A stretch of DNA of 64,000 nt from assembly GCA_011109175.1 (NCBI GenBank), contig RDEW01000068.1:101621-165620 (forward strand). Reading direction: 5' to 3'. Positions 26,136 through 38,760 of this stretch are shown one piece after another. The stretch is from Dicyema japonicum (lineage: Eukaryota; Animalia; Dicyemida). The translations under genes and the position numbers were made by a program. How positions within the stretch are numbered: the stretch's first letter is position 1; each line of letters starts with the position of its first letter. Under the pieces are notes generated by a model that saw only the letters and a list, made by a program, of their open reading frames with translations, ran no database searches and was not told the DNA's origin.

Positions 26136-26379
26136 AATAATAATAATTTCATAAAGTTATAATTATTTATATCTTTTAAGTTAAAACCTCGATTTTTGGA
26201 AAAACCTCGGTTTTTCGAAACATTGGTGTTCCAAATCGAGGTCAGACTGTATTGTACATTTTAGTTTAAAAGCTATATGAAATTAAAATTTCCTACGATT
26301 AATTTATTTTTTTAATTTTTTAGAATTTTTTAACTAAAAAAGCATGTGTTGATGGAGGATCATTTCATGTTCGAGGGGA

Positions 26380-27139
26380 AATGCAGATACAGTTTGGGAC
26401 CTGGGAAATTATGGCGGATTCGAGAGGCAAATTTTAATTTTTTATAAACTAATAAAATGCATTTTTTTTAATTTTAAAGACTAATTAAAAAATGAAACCT
26501 TTAATTTCCTTTAAAATAATACGTTATTCTTCTTTTAATGTTCGTTTTGATGTTTCTACTAACATCATCGAGGACATTAAAGACATTTAAGTTAACTTTA
26601 TCCTTCTGTTTAAAGTACTTCCTCAATGTATAGACAGCATTCATTGCATAGTCTAAAACGACTTGTTCATTTTTTTGTTCTCCATCATTAATGCATTTTT
26701 TGTCTTTATTTTCATCCAAATTTTCCAGGATCTCTTCATTCTCTGTATACTTATAGAGAAGAAATTCATTTTTTGGAATTGGATCATTTATTTGCAGTCT
26801 AGACACGAATTCTTGATAAGTTTTAGGCGACAACTCGTCATTAATTTCTTCAATAAAATTTTCGGTCCATTTAGCATGTCGAAAACAGTTTATTATTTTT
26901 GTACTATTTAGCTTTTTCTATGCTTGATAGGTATAAAAAATAACATCCTTAAGGCTTATTTCTTTACATGCCTCGGTTTATGATTTTCCGAGTTCAATTT
27001 TTTCAGTTTTTTTTAATTAAAAAATAAAAATAATAAGAAAATGAAAAAAATTATTTTTAAAAATGCGGAAAATTCGAGAATTTCTCATAGGGAATTTTGT
27101 ATTTTTGAAAAAATGCGGCGGATTCGAGAGGTTTTACTG
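26380..27139 (-). mobile_element. Second Tigger-like remnant
   Basis: ORF 26501-26833 resembles a Tigger C-terminus (AVYTLRKYF...KRRITYYF); TIR TACAGTAAAACCTCTCGAATCC ends at 27141. Confidence 0.6.
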
Positions 27140-27340
27140 TATTACGAAAAGGACACTCAATAGTTCTAATGTATCCAGGTGGTATTGTTGGGGTAGAACA
27201 TGCACCTATGTTCAAATACGATCTGCTATTATTCGTCTTTAAATATCTTAGGTACATGGTTATGAAACTCTAAAATCTTAGCTTTATTTTTATGTGGAGT
27301 TATAAAATTGCGACGCATAGAATAGTCAGACAATCTTGAC

Positions 27341-27480
27341 TTGAGTTCGGCGACAATAGTAGATTGGCTAATATATATCCGAAAGAGCTGTGCACGTCAA
27401 TTAATTACTTCGATAAATTCAAAAATCGGTTTTATCTTAACAATAAGCGGTGAAGGAATGATTGTAGAAATAAAAATCAT
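27341..27480 (+). mobile_element. Merlin (IS1016-like) transposase fragment
   Basis: ATIVDWLIYIRKSC...GEGMIVEI resembles the Merlin T-x-VDW...R...C and G-x2-VEIDES motifs. Confidence 0.55.
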
Positions 27481-28039
27481 AATTAAATTATCTCCCCCAT
27501 TAAGAAACACAGGTCTAAATAATGAAGGTATGAGACTAGACTCCAGATCACGTGAATGTGGCCCTGAAATTTCAGTCAGCCGTCCGGTACGTTCATGGGC
27601 GGGCACGATGGAAGAACACTGGACAAAGATGTGGTCGTTGTTAGAATGTATCGCGATCACGTGATAATTATTTTGGTTTTACTGTTGTCTTGGGTTTTTT
27701 AAAAAAATTGTTGCCATCTTTTTTTTCTATTTGAGTTTTAGTTAAGAATTATGATAGTTCTCCCCCTTTTTGTCTAAATTCATTCTCATATTATGTTACA
27801 GCAGACTATCCTATTCCCCACACAGAATTTACTAACCCTGATGATTCGATTAGAACCCGTGTTTATATTCAACGCGCTTGCATTGCAGATTCACTGTGTT
27901 TTGAGTATTTAGATCGCCTGACATTGGTCCCCCCGACATAATTTACGTAACGTTGCCTCTCATGATATTTATTTTTTATTTATTTAACCCAAGAACACCA
28001 ATAGTTAATTTAATTGTATTTTTTTATTTTTATTTTTTG

Positions 28040-28365
28040 TGTTGATACTTATTCCCTGTCTAATTTGGTTGCTTCTGCTTCAGACCCAGGACATGCTTCA
28101 AAGCAGGCCGAGGAACGAAAGAGGAGGAAGTACCAGAGAATTTCGGAGGAGTATCTTTTTGTTCCATTCGCGGTGGAAACGTCAGGAATCCTTGGCCCCC
28201 AAGCAGACTAGTTGGTTCGTAAGATCGGCTTCATGATTCAAGCTGTGACCAAGGATCCGCGAGAGACTGGTTGGTTCCGAGAACGTATCTCGTTGGCTAT
28301 TGTTAGGGGAAATAGCATGGCCATTCAGATGCCTTAATTTAATTTTTATTCATTTTATAATAAAT
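28040..28365 (+). mobile_element. CRE 3' end
   Basis: AEERKRRKY, FVPFAVETSG, WFRERISLAIVRGNS*. Confidence 0.8.
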
Positions 28366-28394
28366 TGGTTCCTCATTTAATTGTATTAAACTAA

Positions 28395-28680
28395 TTAGGT
28401 GATCCCGGCCACCTCCATCAGGTCTCTCATCTTTTTCCGGTGGACTTTCCGAGATCCAACACAGCTTCTCTGAGGACGGGAGGGTTTTGAAAGAAAAGCA
28501 AGAGGGGTGATGTAAAGTCTTCTAGTAAGGCCCAATCCATTAGAGCATTGTAGGAAGCTGGATTTTCGGCACAGAGCGGCGAATCCCTTCCCATTTTGTC
28601 CGATAAGGTCTTCCAGAGAGGTGGGTGTGAGACTGACTGTTCTCACGAGCTTGCGCCGATAGTTGTAGCTGGAGATCACT
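28395..28680 (-). mobile_element. LINE 3' end (GIT* family)
   Basis: SCVGSRKVHRKKMRDLMEVAGIT*. Confidence 0.65.
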
Positions 28681-28864
28681 GGATAATATGATCATCTACT
28701 TTTATAATAATGGGAATACTAGTCCTATCCCAGGTTGAAACGAAAGGCAAATTCACACCTTGGCATTGTGGTTGTTTCTAATTCACCAGCTAATAGGTCG
28801 TATTTATGTATGTTGTAGTGTTTTTTATCTTGAAATTCTCGAAAGTCTGAGCAACCTCACTAGC

Positions 28865-29131
28865 TTACAAATCGGAACCAGCAAGTCGTACCCAAATTAA
28901 GCATTTCCCCCGAGAGAAGGGGAAGACAGTTACCCCGTCCAGGCGCTTTCCCTCTACACGATCCTGACCCACCGGTTCCAGTGATGACAGGAATCCAGCC
29001 GCCTTGGAGAGCGATTCACAACCCCGTTGATGACGGCATGCCTCTAGAACCGGCCTCTGTTGAGACGGTAAGACAGTGGGTAAAGTCCTTTGCAGCCACA
29101 AAAGATCGCTAACCACTTCTAGAATGGGCAC
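28865..29131 (-). mobile_element. CRE RLE fragment
   Basis: LEPVGQDRVEGKRLDGVTVFPFSRGKCLIW (RPDG...W-type motif). Confidence 0.7.
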
Positions 29132-30366
29132 TCACCTTGATTGCTTGACCTGTAACCTAATTCTAAATGCTGTGAGTTAAGAATGTTTAAAATAAGACAA
29201 TTTGGATGCATAAAACAGAATGAATATGGTCCCACATAACAACCACAACTGCTTGATATTCATTTCTCAGACGGTGGGGAATAACTAGGGGATTGATGAG
29301 GCACCGTGACGACGGCTGCTGTACTCGTTCTCCAATAAATATTGGTCTTCAAACCCCAATGTGGATAAACAACCAGTGTACCTGTTAAAGTCTGCGACAT
29401 TTGTGTCCTTAATCTTTGTCTCGTTGAGGATCTCAATGTCGACATGTCCTTAACCTTTTCTGGTGGGACCCCGTCACCTACTTAAAAGAAGTCCAAATTC
29501 AATCTTATAAAATGTTGTAAAAATGCTATTCTGGGAGTTCAAAGAGAAGAGTATCGGGTTTTGAGTGACGAACTCTTCTTTTAGCTTGTCTCAGTTAAGA
29601 ACACTTGTGGTCTTAATATCACGGCTTGCAGAACTGAGGAAGGGAGAGCCCAGAATAACACGATGGCTCTTTCAGAACTTTGGGCTCTAGCTTAATGTTC
29701 CCACTTGAATTGCATATCTCCTGACTTTCCTCGAGATTCCCTGCACTTTTCGCTTTCCTCACTGAAATACCGCACTTAAGCGCTCACAGCACGCCTCTTA
29801 ATGATGGCAGCGTGGAGTTCAAAAGTAAATCCAAAGTGTCTCATTCTTGATGTGAACTCAATATAAGGTCACTTTAATATTATTTTAGTATTCGAGTTAG
29901 AATCTCGTCTAGTTTAAATTGAAAGAACTTCTGCCAAGAAAATCATCTGCTATAAGCTGCATAGGATAAGGTTGGCATGATAAACGTAGACTGAATACTA
30001 AACTTGATAATATCCAGCTTAAAGAAAACATCATTTTGGAGTTGTAAGAACCTCTCCAGTGGAATAAGAGATAGCAAATGATCTTTTTCATTCCACCAGG
30101 CAACTGAGAAAGTGGATTACATAATGCCAAAGCACAGAGGAAAGGAAATCATCATTCAAATAGCCAATAGGAAGAATATTACACACTTTGAGTGACAAAC
30201 TCTTCTCTAGCTTGTCTACCAATGACATCCAAACCAATAAAGTGACAAGTGCTTAATATTTTAGTAGAAAAATAATTAAATAATTTTAAATTAATATTAT
30301 TAATTAATTTTTTATATTTAATTATTTAAATTTTTAAATACAAACCGCAAAATTGTTTGTTGTTGT

Positions 30367-30825
30367 ATGGTTAAAGTTGTTTTGTACAAGTTTATTTTAA
30401 AACTTTTAAAAGATAATAATCCATGTGTTGAATGGATTGGTTATAAAATATTCAGAATTAATGATATGGTAGAGCTCGCAAGGCTCTGGGGAATAGTAAA
30501 ACGTAATCCAAAAATGACAGTTAACTCAGTAAACAGAAATATAAGAAATTATTACGAAAATCCGTCAATATTGAAAAGAATAAGCAAAGATGCTTATCAA
30601 TTATTGGCGGCTGACCTGTCATTGCCAATTGCCCCACAAATAAGCGAGTTTGATGAAATTATGCTTAAAGAAGCTGTATTTGCATGTGATCAACTCTTAA
30701 TGCAGGAGGGTGGTTGTCCCTATGCATTTGATAATAATTTAGTCCATGACTACCACCCATTATATACTAATGGCTGGTGTTATGGGCTTGCAAATTATTA
30801 CTATTATCCTTATAATTATTATTAA
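30367..30825 (+). CDS. Divergent ETS-domain transcription factor, intronless
   Basis: LYKFILKLL, VEW, ELARLWGIVKRNPKM, RNIRNYY; AATAAA just after the stop. Confidence 0.85.
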   Translation: MVKVVLYKFILKLLKDNNPCVEWIGYKIFRINDMVELARLWGIVKRNPKMTVNSVNRNIRNYYENPSILKRISKDAYQLLAADLSLPIAPQISEFDEIMLKEAVFACDQLLMQEGGCPYAFDNNLVHDYHPLYTNGWCYGLANYYYYPYNYY

Positions 30826-31843
30826 TATGCTTTTTTAATAAAATTTTGTATTATTTGTGTTTTGAGTTTAGTTTTAGGCTTTGATATTTCTCTTTGATCT
30901 TGTAAATATAATTTTTACTAAAAATTATTAAGTTTACGAGTTGCCATGGTGATACGTCTTTTGCGGTTTTGTCTGCGGTTAATCGAACAAAAAATCTCAA
31001 CACGATTGTACTGAGAGTGTTATAATGGGTTCATCTGGAATTAAGAGACAACGTTCTTGTTTTTTAAACGTTTGACATCTTGGATGTTAAAAGTAAGCGA
31101 GGTTTAAATGCCGAAGAACTAGAAAAATTACGGGCGCGAACATTCAATGGACGCTTCGGACATCCTCTAGTATCAAAAAGGTGCTTTTGTCAACCTCACA
31201 AACCTTAAAAATCGCCATAGAAACCTACCAAAGATCACAATAGTCTCCAACAACCACTAAGATCGGTTACTTGATCCCGGCCATGGACCAGCAGTGATAG
31301 CTGGTCTACCCTTAAGCCATATAAAAGACCTTATTTGTATTATTGCTACCGTTGAAGAGAATTTCCCAATCCTATTGCTAACCGGATTTGCAGGCAAAAA
31401 TTTCCAACTATGCCATCAAAATACTATTTTCTGTCGAAATCATCGTCGATCACAGGATATTCAAACCACGATAGTATTTATGATCTCTACAATAGTTCTC
31501 AAACCTGACATTGAAGATGCGCTCCGCTATTAATCGCAATTTGTTCGAATCGGGTGAAGTTGGTGGCAGTTCTTAGGACATATGCAAGCCTCTGTACGTT
31601 GAGGCTATTCTTTAGAAGAAATAATTATGTGTGCACGTTAAGTAGACATAAACGGGACAGAGTTTCTTGGAGTAACTGTCGTTTTTCTCGTACATCTCTG
31701 CCCATTGCACGCATGGTGATCCGAGGGATGTAAAGTCTTTGTCAGCCGTGGAAATACTTCCAGGCATTCGCATATACTGCAATTTAATTCCAGTCCAGCT
31801 TCTGACAGAGCAGGAATTATCAATCCTCTTGTGAACCGTATCA

Positions 31844-32110
31844 TCAAGATAATACAGGTTGAGGGGAGAGCGAGGTGTTAGTAATTCTTTCGATTGCAAA
31901 AAAGAACAACAAGTGGTTAACGGGACCTCCTTGTTGCACTCCAGAAGACGAAGGGATTAGGTAGTCCCCGAAGGATGAAGGTAGACTATAAGACTTAATC
32001 ACAATTTCGAAAATTTCATATTTCCATCCACTAATAAAAATATTATCTTTCCTCAGACTGTAAAGACGTTTTTGATACATAGTTTTAACAAGGACATGTC
32101 CGGAATCTTC
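31844..32110 (-). mobile_element. CRE-like RT fragment
   Basis: FGDYLIPSSSGVQQGGP. Confidence 0.6.
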
Positions 32111-33017
32111 CATACTAGTTTAGGAATGTTCTAGCGGAATGTACAGCGGACTCGCATCCTAGACGATCTCAGACTCCTACTTGAGGGGTTTCAAGAATTG
32201 TTCAACGATGGGGATAGAATATCGGAAGACAATCTTGTCAGCCAGCCTCCTAAAGACAGACCTGACCTCAACCGATTGTACTCTGCCGCCATTCTTATTA
32301 AGGGTTATCAAGTTGGCGGTGAAGAACGTGGACAACTCGAGAAGTACTCCAGAATCCTGTCCATAAGTGAGGTAATTGAATTCGTAGGACGAACAAATGG
32401 ATCTCCAACTGACAAAGAAGTTAGTGCTTTTTTTAAATGACCAGGTCTCATTCGGTTGAGCCCGTCACAGTTACTAGGGGCAAATTCCGTATTGCGAGAA
32501 GTACTTTATCATTTGATGCAGTCTGGGGACTTACTCCGTCTGAGGGGGCGACTGTGTGTTGGTTGTCAGGCGGCAACGATGCTTGGACAACAAAATACTG
32601 TAGTTGTCGAGAGTTGGCTTTAGTGGTTCACTTTAATAAAGTGATCTGATGTCATGCAGGGGTTGCACCTTCGATCAACTTCGAACGAACAGTTCTCTTG
32701 AGGTGGAGAACTTCTACTTCCGGACTATGTGTCTCCTTCAATTGGTTAAAATATGTGTGGTACCTTTGGATCTGGTTCCTCCCATAAAAGAACGAACATT
32801 GCTCCTCATGGAGGTAACAAGAGACTCCTATCCGTGACAATCTATAGGATGATTACGTTAATATGGTTTTCCTCGAAGTAGGAACAGGATATTCGAAAGA
32901 AGGGGGGTTATACTCATACTCACCGATACAATTTTTCCGCATCACACAACCACTCACGTTAGGAATTATAGAAGGCTCCCTCCACAGAATTTTGCATGAT
33001 ATTTGAGGATGATTTTG

Positions 33018-33626
33018 TCAAACTTCAAAATTGAGGAAAACGGGATTTAAACCCCAATTCAATATAATATAGCACTTGCAAGCATAATGGAGTGCAATCC
33101 TATAATTAACAGCATACATACAATCATCGTACAAGTTTCCCAATTCTGATAGATATTCCGCGTTTTCCATTTTTTGACCAGAAAATACCACGGCGCATCT
33201 GATGTTTCCCTTGTTCAAATCACCAGATTTCCAATGTCCCCAAAGTAGGAATGAAAACGATGGTTGATCCGCCATAAAAGGATGCAAGCACTTGTGAAAC
33301 AGTGGTACATCACCCTCCGACCAATAAATCAGGTGTCTAACTGTTCCAATCCTACATAAATTAAAACCAGAATAATTATGATATATATTAAAATATCCCA
33401 AGTACTAAAAATAACGAAAGTAATGGTGACAGTCCATTACATGTTCTCCGTAATATGTTAAAGTAGTTGTTATTATGAAGGCATTAGCCAATATCCCAAA
33501 AGTGTAATAACACGTTGTAAATATAATAGCTATTCCTAAGATAGTCAATGTGGTAAATAAATAACAAATAGCAAAACTAATAATAAATACATTATGGTAT
33601 AACTTTAATAATACAGTAACCATCAT
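33018..33626 (-). CDS. Putative unknown membrane protein (~190 aa)
   Basis: Two ORFs in the same frame separated by one TAG that can end a 36-nt GTAATG...TTTTAG intron; hydrophobic N-terminus; no family recognised. Confidence 0.35.
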
Positions 33627-33638
33627 TATGCAAAAACA

Positions 33639-34698
33639 TTACTTGATTGTACGGCGATCATTCTTAAATGACACATTCAAAGTCTTTCCCACTGCTGATC
33701 CAGTAGTTGATTTGTTTAAAGCATTAATAGCTGCACATGCTTCCTCATATTTCACAAAATTAACGAAATCCAATGCAAACCATTAGCCCCATTACCTGGT
33801 AGAGAGTTTACATATGCAATAGCTCCGTACCTTGAAAACAATTGGTAAAGATGGAGGCTGTCGATTCAGGCTGCAAATTGGAGACATACACAGTAGTGTG
33901 AGACTGGAGGCCTCACTGACTGTCCCATTGGATTGAATCTGTAGTAAGAGTGGGGGTTGTTGGAGGAGGAGGTGGAGGATAACCGTTCTGACTGTACACA
34001 ATGGGAGTTAGTTGGGAATACTGAGGGTTCCTATGCTTCTCATTAATTTTGGAGTTCTGTCTAGCATACTTTACAATCAAGAATTTGTCGGTCCCCGGGA
34101 GGATCTGTTTGTAGTTCAATACATTGATAGCCGCGTCAGCACACACTTTGTGACGGAATTTGACCATTCCGTGCACTTTGACATCAAATGGCTGTCTTTA
34201 AAAGTCGAAGGAATAGACTGGACCAAATGCCTCGAAAGAGTGATCGAAGGTCGTGCTCTTGGAATGAAGGGGCAGATTCTGCACGTATAGATTCACAGTC
34301 TCAGTTTTTCACCAGATTCCATAGAGAAAGTGACCTGAATAAAGGTAAACTTAAACCTTGATGGCTTTTTCGTTGATAATTCTGCCGTCCAATAAGTCTA
34401 TGGCCTTCTGACACTCTTCCTTTGTGGAATATTTGATGAAACCGTAGCCTAGGGAACTCCGAGTTGCCTGGTCGATCATAAGTTTGCAGCCAATGACCTG
34501 TCGTTGAAATAATGGAATTACGGAGGAAACAGAGCCAAAGAGTGAGAGAAGATAGTCTGCAGTGATGGCGAGGTCGAGGTTACACACAATCAGTTCGTTG
34601 TCGTAGAGAGGCGGTTTCAGGTCGTTTTTGATTGTATTATTAGGCCTGAGTAAATTAAATAAGTACATTCTGGTAAGAATATCGTTATTTCCGTACAT
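33639..34698 (-). CDS. ELAV/Hu-like three-RRM RNA-binding protein (multi-exon)
   Basis: SLGYGFIKY...KAIKV (RRM1), KYARQ, FVKYEEACAAINALN...LNVSFK (RRM3); stop at 33639-33641. Confidence 0.8.
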
Positions 34699-34864
34699 TT
34701 GGCAGTCAACAGAACAAAAACAACAACAAACTAAAACTTTATTTTTTATTAATTTTAATTTATATGTAATTTGTTTATTAATTTATTTGATATTACTATA
34801 TTATGCGTTTGAAAATAAGAATTTTGGTACTTGTTATTTTAAAGCTTTGGATCACTAACTACTT

Positions 34865-36560
34865 AAGTGGACGAAGGGGACGTGTTTGTCACGGGCTTCT
34901 CCCCAACGGAGTCCTTCAAGGATCTCCTTTATCCCCTGCTTTGTTTAACCTCTTTCTGGCTGATCTCCCGACTCTTGAATCTGATAATGATGTTCTACTT
35001 TCCTATGCGGATGATCGTGATGTTATGTGGTTTACCAATTCTGTAAATATTGGTAACGTCCGGAGGGCACCTAATGTATTTCCAAAGAGAGCCATTAAAC
35101 AATACTCCGAGAATACTGTCTCCCAGGCGACACTTTCAGTTTCAAACTACCCGGAAGGAACCCCTAATTCTCCGCAAGAAATTGACCACGGTTCTATAAC
35201 TAAACGACAATGGAGTAAAGCGTAAAATATTGGAACTGCGCTCTCTCCTAGCGAAGCTGAAGGTCGACTTGCCTTCAAGAGACTAAACTCCCATTACACA
35301 GTTCTTCCCCGCTGTTTTTTGGATACAAGTCAATACGGACTAATCGGAAGAAGGGGTGGTGGCCTACTGATTTTATATCGGAAAGACCCTAAATGTGTGA
35401 CATCATTTCAGCGGTGAAGAATATCTTGGGAGACGACGATGTTACTGAAGTCACTGCAATCTAACTTGAACAACAAATGGAAAAATTACCTTTTTGAACA
35501 TCTACGTGCCTCCCATCTTGTTGTTGCCCGAAGCACTTAGCTATGCCAAATTTATCCAGTTTGGCTTCCTTGAACTATGTGACCATTGGTAGGGATATCA
35601 ATGGAAAACACCCTCTATGGCTTGGAACTCAACCATCCGATACAACAGTAAAAGTACTACTATCCTACAGGTCATTTCACGGTCACGAATGACCTGTCAA
35701 AACATACGAGAATTCTATTCAGAGTTATACCAACTAACTTCTCCCGGCTTGGCAGCAATATCGACCTGTCAGTCACTTACAACTCAAGAAGCAATCACAA
35801 CGTTATTCTTCTTAAGATTAAGAGAGAAACTTTGACTGGGGTTTCCAGAACAATTTAACTACAAACTTGCAGACTGGAGACTTTACCGTACACTTACTGA
35901 CAACCTACTACAGTACCTGGATGGGAGTACTTCCATGGGCGAGTATGGGCTTTTGTAAACCTCACTATTTTGGATGGGAGATCACTATGTGTGACCAAAC
36001 ATTACTTTAACTACGCCAGTGGATATGGCAGGTCGACGCTATCAAGGAAAGAAACGAACTCAAAAAGTTTGCCCGATTAACTACTGAGGATAAGCTTTGA
36101 AATAAAAAACAGAAAGATCAAAACACAAAAATCAAAATGTAATCACGTGCTCTCTTCTTTGAATGCTTAAATTCTGATTAACCATCTTCCTTAGCGGTCG
36201 GAGGGTACGCGTCTGCATTGGATAGTCAAGATCTATTTCCGAATGGTGTTCCCCAAGGATCCCCTTTGTATCAGTTATTATTCAATCTATTAATGGCGGA
36301 TCTTCCAACACCGGAGGTCGAAAATGACTTATGCCGAGACATGTCGGAACATTCAGATTGCTACTTCGAGATTGCAACAAAATCTGGATCGTCTTAACGA
36401 ATGGTTATTGAAGAATCGCCTGTCTACCAGCACTGAGAAGTCCGTCACAACTCTATATTAGACAAGAGACTGAGAATACAAAAGGCATCAGGGGGTCCAT
36501 TTATTTCATGGACAAATGTCTTGAAGATCGAGTGCCTGACGTTGAAGGACTCTGTAACAG
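34865..36560 (+). mobile_element. Cluster of degenerate LINE APE-endonuclease and RT fragments
   Basis: LPNGVLQGSPLSPALFNL..SYADD; RRGGGLLILY, LNIYVPP, GDINGKH; GVPQGSPL. Confidence 0.75.
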
Positions 36561-36900
36561 TGGATACTGGATACACTCAATTATTTTTTTATTGCCAACT
36601 TCTTTCTTGATGCATCTGGGAGTAATAAATAAATTAATAAAAATTTATCTTCCTCTGATGACGTCATTGAATCCACCTTATTAAAGGCCAATGTCTGGCT
36701 GGCAGTCAAAAGGATACAATTATTCATTCCACGGAAGACAATTTCGTTTCCTGGTGACGAATTCTGGGTTCGACTTCAGCTCTTTGGAGAAATCCATTGA
36801 ATCACTTTGCTTGGATGAAGGTTCTTCTGGAACGCGTCAGGATCAAGGAATTAGTTTGTTTAACCCTTGGTCTTTGGAATAATTTTATTTATTATGATTC

Positions 36901-37160
36901 CAAGGTGGCGCAGTGCTACGAGTCCTATGAAAAAGGCCTGATAGCCCCTAGTTCGAATCTCGGTGCTCTACATTTTGGCTCAAGGTTCCACGATCTATGA
37001 TGCTTTGGCTTGACGAATGACGCCGCCATCAGTGAACATCTCACTGAGGAACCGGATCATCAAAAATGGACTCACACCTAACAAAAAGAAAAAAAATGAA
37101 GAGCATTCCTTGGTTCTCCCTCATCGATTAGTTATGATAACTGTTTTTTGCTTAAAATAA
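36901..37160 (+). mobile_element. tRNA-headed SINE family C
   Basis: A-box GGTGGCGCAGTG, B-box GTTCGAATC; body shared with 46876-47110 (TTGACGAATGACGCCG, GAAGAGCATTCCTTGGTTCT). Confidence 0.7.
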
Positions 37161-37319
37161 AGGGTGTGTTCTACCTGGGTGGAGCGATAGCTAATTATGC
37201 TATTCCCAAAGTGCAATTTTATTTATGACTCATTCAAGGTAGCTAAATTGTTAGAATGTGATGTCACTAACAATGATTCGTGGGTTCGGTTTCTCTTGGC
37301 TACTTGTCTAAGATTTTTC

Positions 37320-37500
37320 CTCTCTTTCTATGTTCCTTCCATTCATTTGCTACATTAAAGTGGCGTCATGTGATTCTCGTCTCAAGTTGTTTCCAGTCCT
37401 AAGTTGGTACGAGAAGGATCATTTACTCTCCCCCAGTCAATTGAAGTGGTTCATGACTGCAAAGACTGGACGTCTTCCTCCTTTTTCACTGCTTCTAAGA
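37320..37500 (+). mobile_element. Divergent SINE A-related core
   Basis: GTGGCGTCATGTGAT...AAGGATCATTTACTCTCCCCC. Confidence 0.55.
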
Positions 37501-38441
37501 TTCCATAATTTTCGGATTTTCGTATTGATTTTTCATGTTTGACAAAAAATCAATTTCTATTACTCACTGGAGGTTAATGACGAATTATTCATATATTAGA
37601 ACATTATAGAATTAGTGACTAAAATTCTTCCGTACCCTTAAGGACACTATCAGTCAAATTTCCCACGGTTTTGGTCCGGACATATTCGACTGCATACGTC
37701 TGAGGACCTCCTGATTCCATGAGTTGCACAATTACGACTCTAAATCCTTAGCAACCCTATATACTCAGGTATCTCATAGTCAATGGCCGTTTTTCACTCT
37801 TCCCTACGCAAGTCATCCACATCCAAGAAACTGCTAACAAAGTCATCAGACATAATTTATAGTTCATGCCTCCTAAGGGAAGCCAATCTACTAGGAACCA
37901 CCTATAAGTTCCCCAAATTAAAAACTTTCGGACGTCGTGTCAAATGAAAAGAGCACTACAAGGCCCCAGTCGAATTCAGCCTTCCCTTTGTCGGTTCGGG
38001 AGCACTTAGTTAGTTAAGGACACGCTTTTTTAACTTAGTGACCCTAAGGCAATAAAATAGATAAGACACGCAAGATCTGATCCACCACCTATGCAAGCGT
38101 CCTTCAACTTGACTTGTACGACAGATAAGCAACAAACCTGACAAAAATAACATAAATAAGATTTCCAATCCACAGCAATCGAGACGCTACAAAACTTTCC
38201 CAGTTCTGTGACTGCAGCAACCTCCCACGAAAAATACCGCACCTGTATGCAACGAGAGCATAAGGAGAGTGCATTGAACTCTTAAAGAACACCAAATTAA
38301 GAATGACATTGAGAAATGCCCCCTCCTAATGACTTACATTTACCACGTGTCATTATAATTGAATGACTCACGGTCATTAGCATTAATTGTTATCCAAACG
38401 AACCAAATTAACCAGAAAGAACATTGACCTTGAATAAATAA

Positions 38442-38760
38442 TTAAGGTAGGCGTGAAGCTTTATCAAAAAAATCCCTCATGTAATCCGCAAACTCTTGGT
38501 ACGACATTGTAACGATCGTCTCTCTGTCAAGTGGCATCTTCTCCTTCCCCTCAAGAACAGCTTTCAAATAATCTTTAAACGCAGAATCCTTCAGTTTTTT
38601 ACATAATTCCATCTTTTTACTGTTCAATTCCTAATATAAGTCACACTAATACATGTTCTAGTTCCCTAATCCTCGAGCTTATCTTTTTTCTGTACTTGGC
38701 TGCCGCCAGTCTGTTCTTCTCTCTCATCTTATCCATTAATAATCCCTTAGCATCGTGATG
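38442..38760 (-). CDS. bZIP transcription factor (5' end not resolved)
   Basis: Basic region KMREKNRLAAAKYRKK; 22-nt intron 38631-38652 joins it to ELNSKKMELCKKL. Confidence 0.65.

Larger units (their letters stand above)
23201..26249 (+). mobile_element. pogo/Tigger DNA transposon carrying nested insertions
   Basis: TA-flanked imperfect TIRs CAGTACGACTTCGATT / AATCGAGGTCAGACTG; shared subterminal ACCTCGGTTTTTGGAA; NCDETCLF transposase motif near 25160. Confidence 0.7.

Noticed and set aside
33405-33450. DHHC palmitoyltransferase from VMDCHH
   Set aside because: Residue order is wrong, there is no Cys-rich domain, and the segment is probably intronic
36901-36975. Possible tRNA gene (also 590-640, 1335-1395, 2885-2965, 46876-46925)
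   Set aside because: A/B boxes only, with no acceptor or anticodon stems; they head repeated bodies, so they are SINE heads
37960-38050. MetaSINE core-like CAGCCTTCCCTTTGTCGG (also near 12880)
   Set aside because: It sits directly before a GIT*-type stop and is more simply a LINE 3' end; the similarity is short and from memory only
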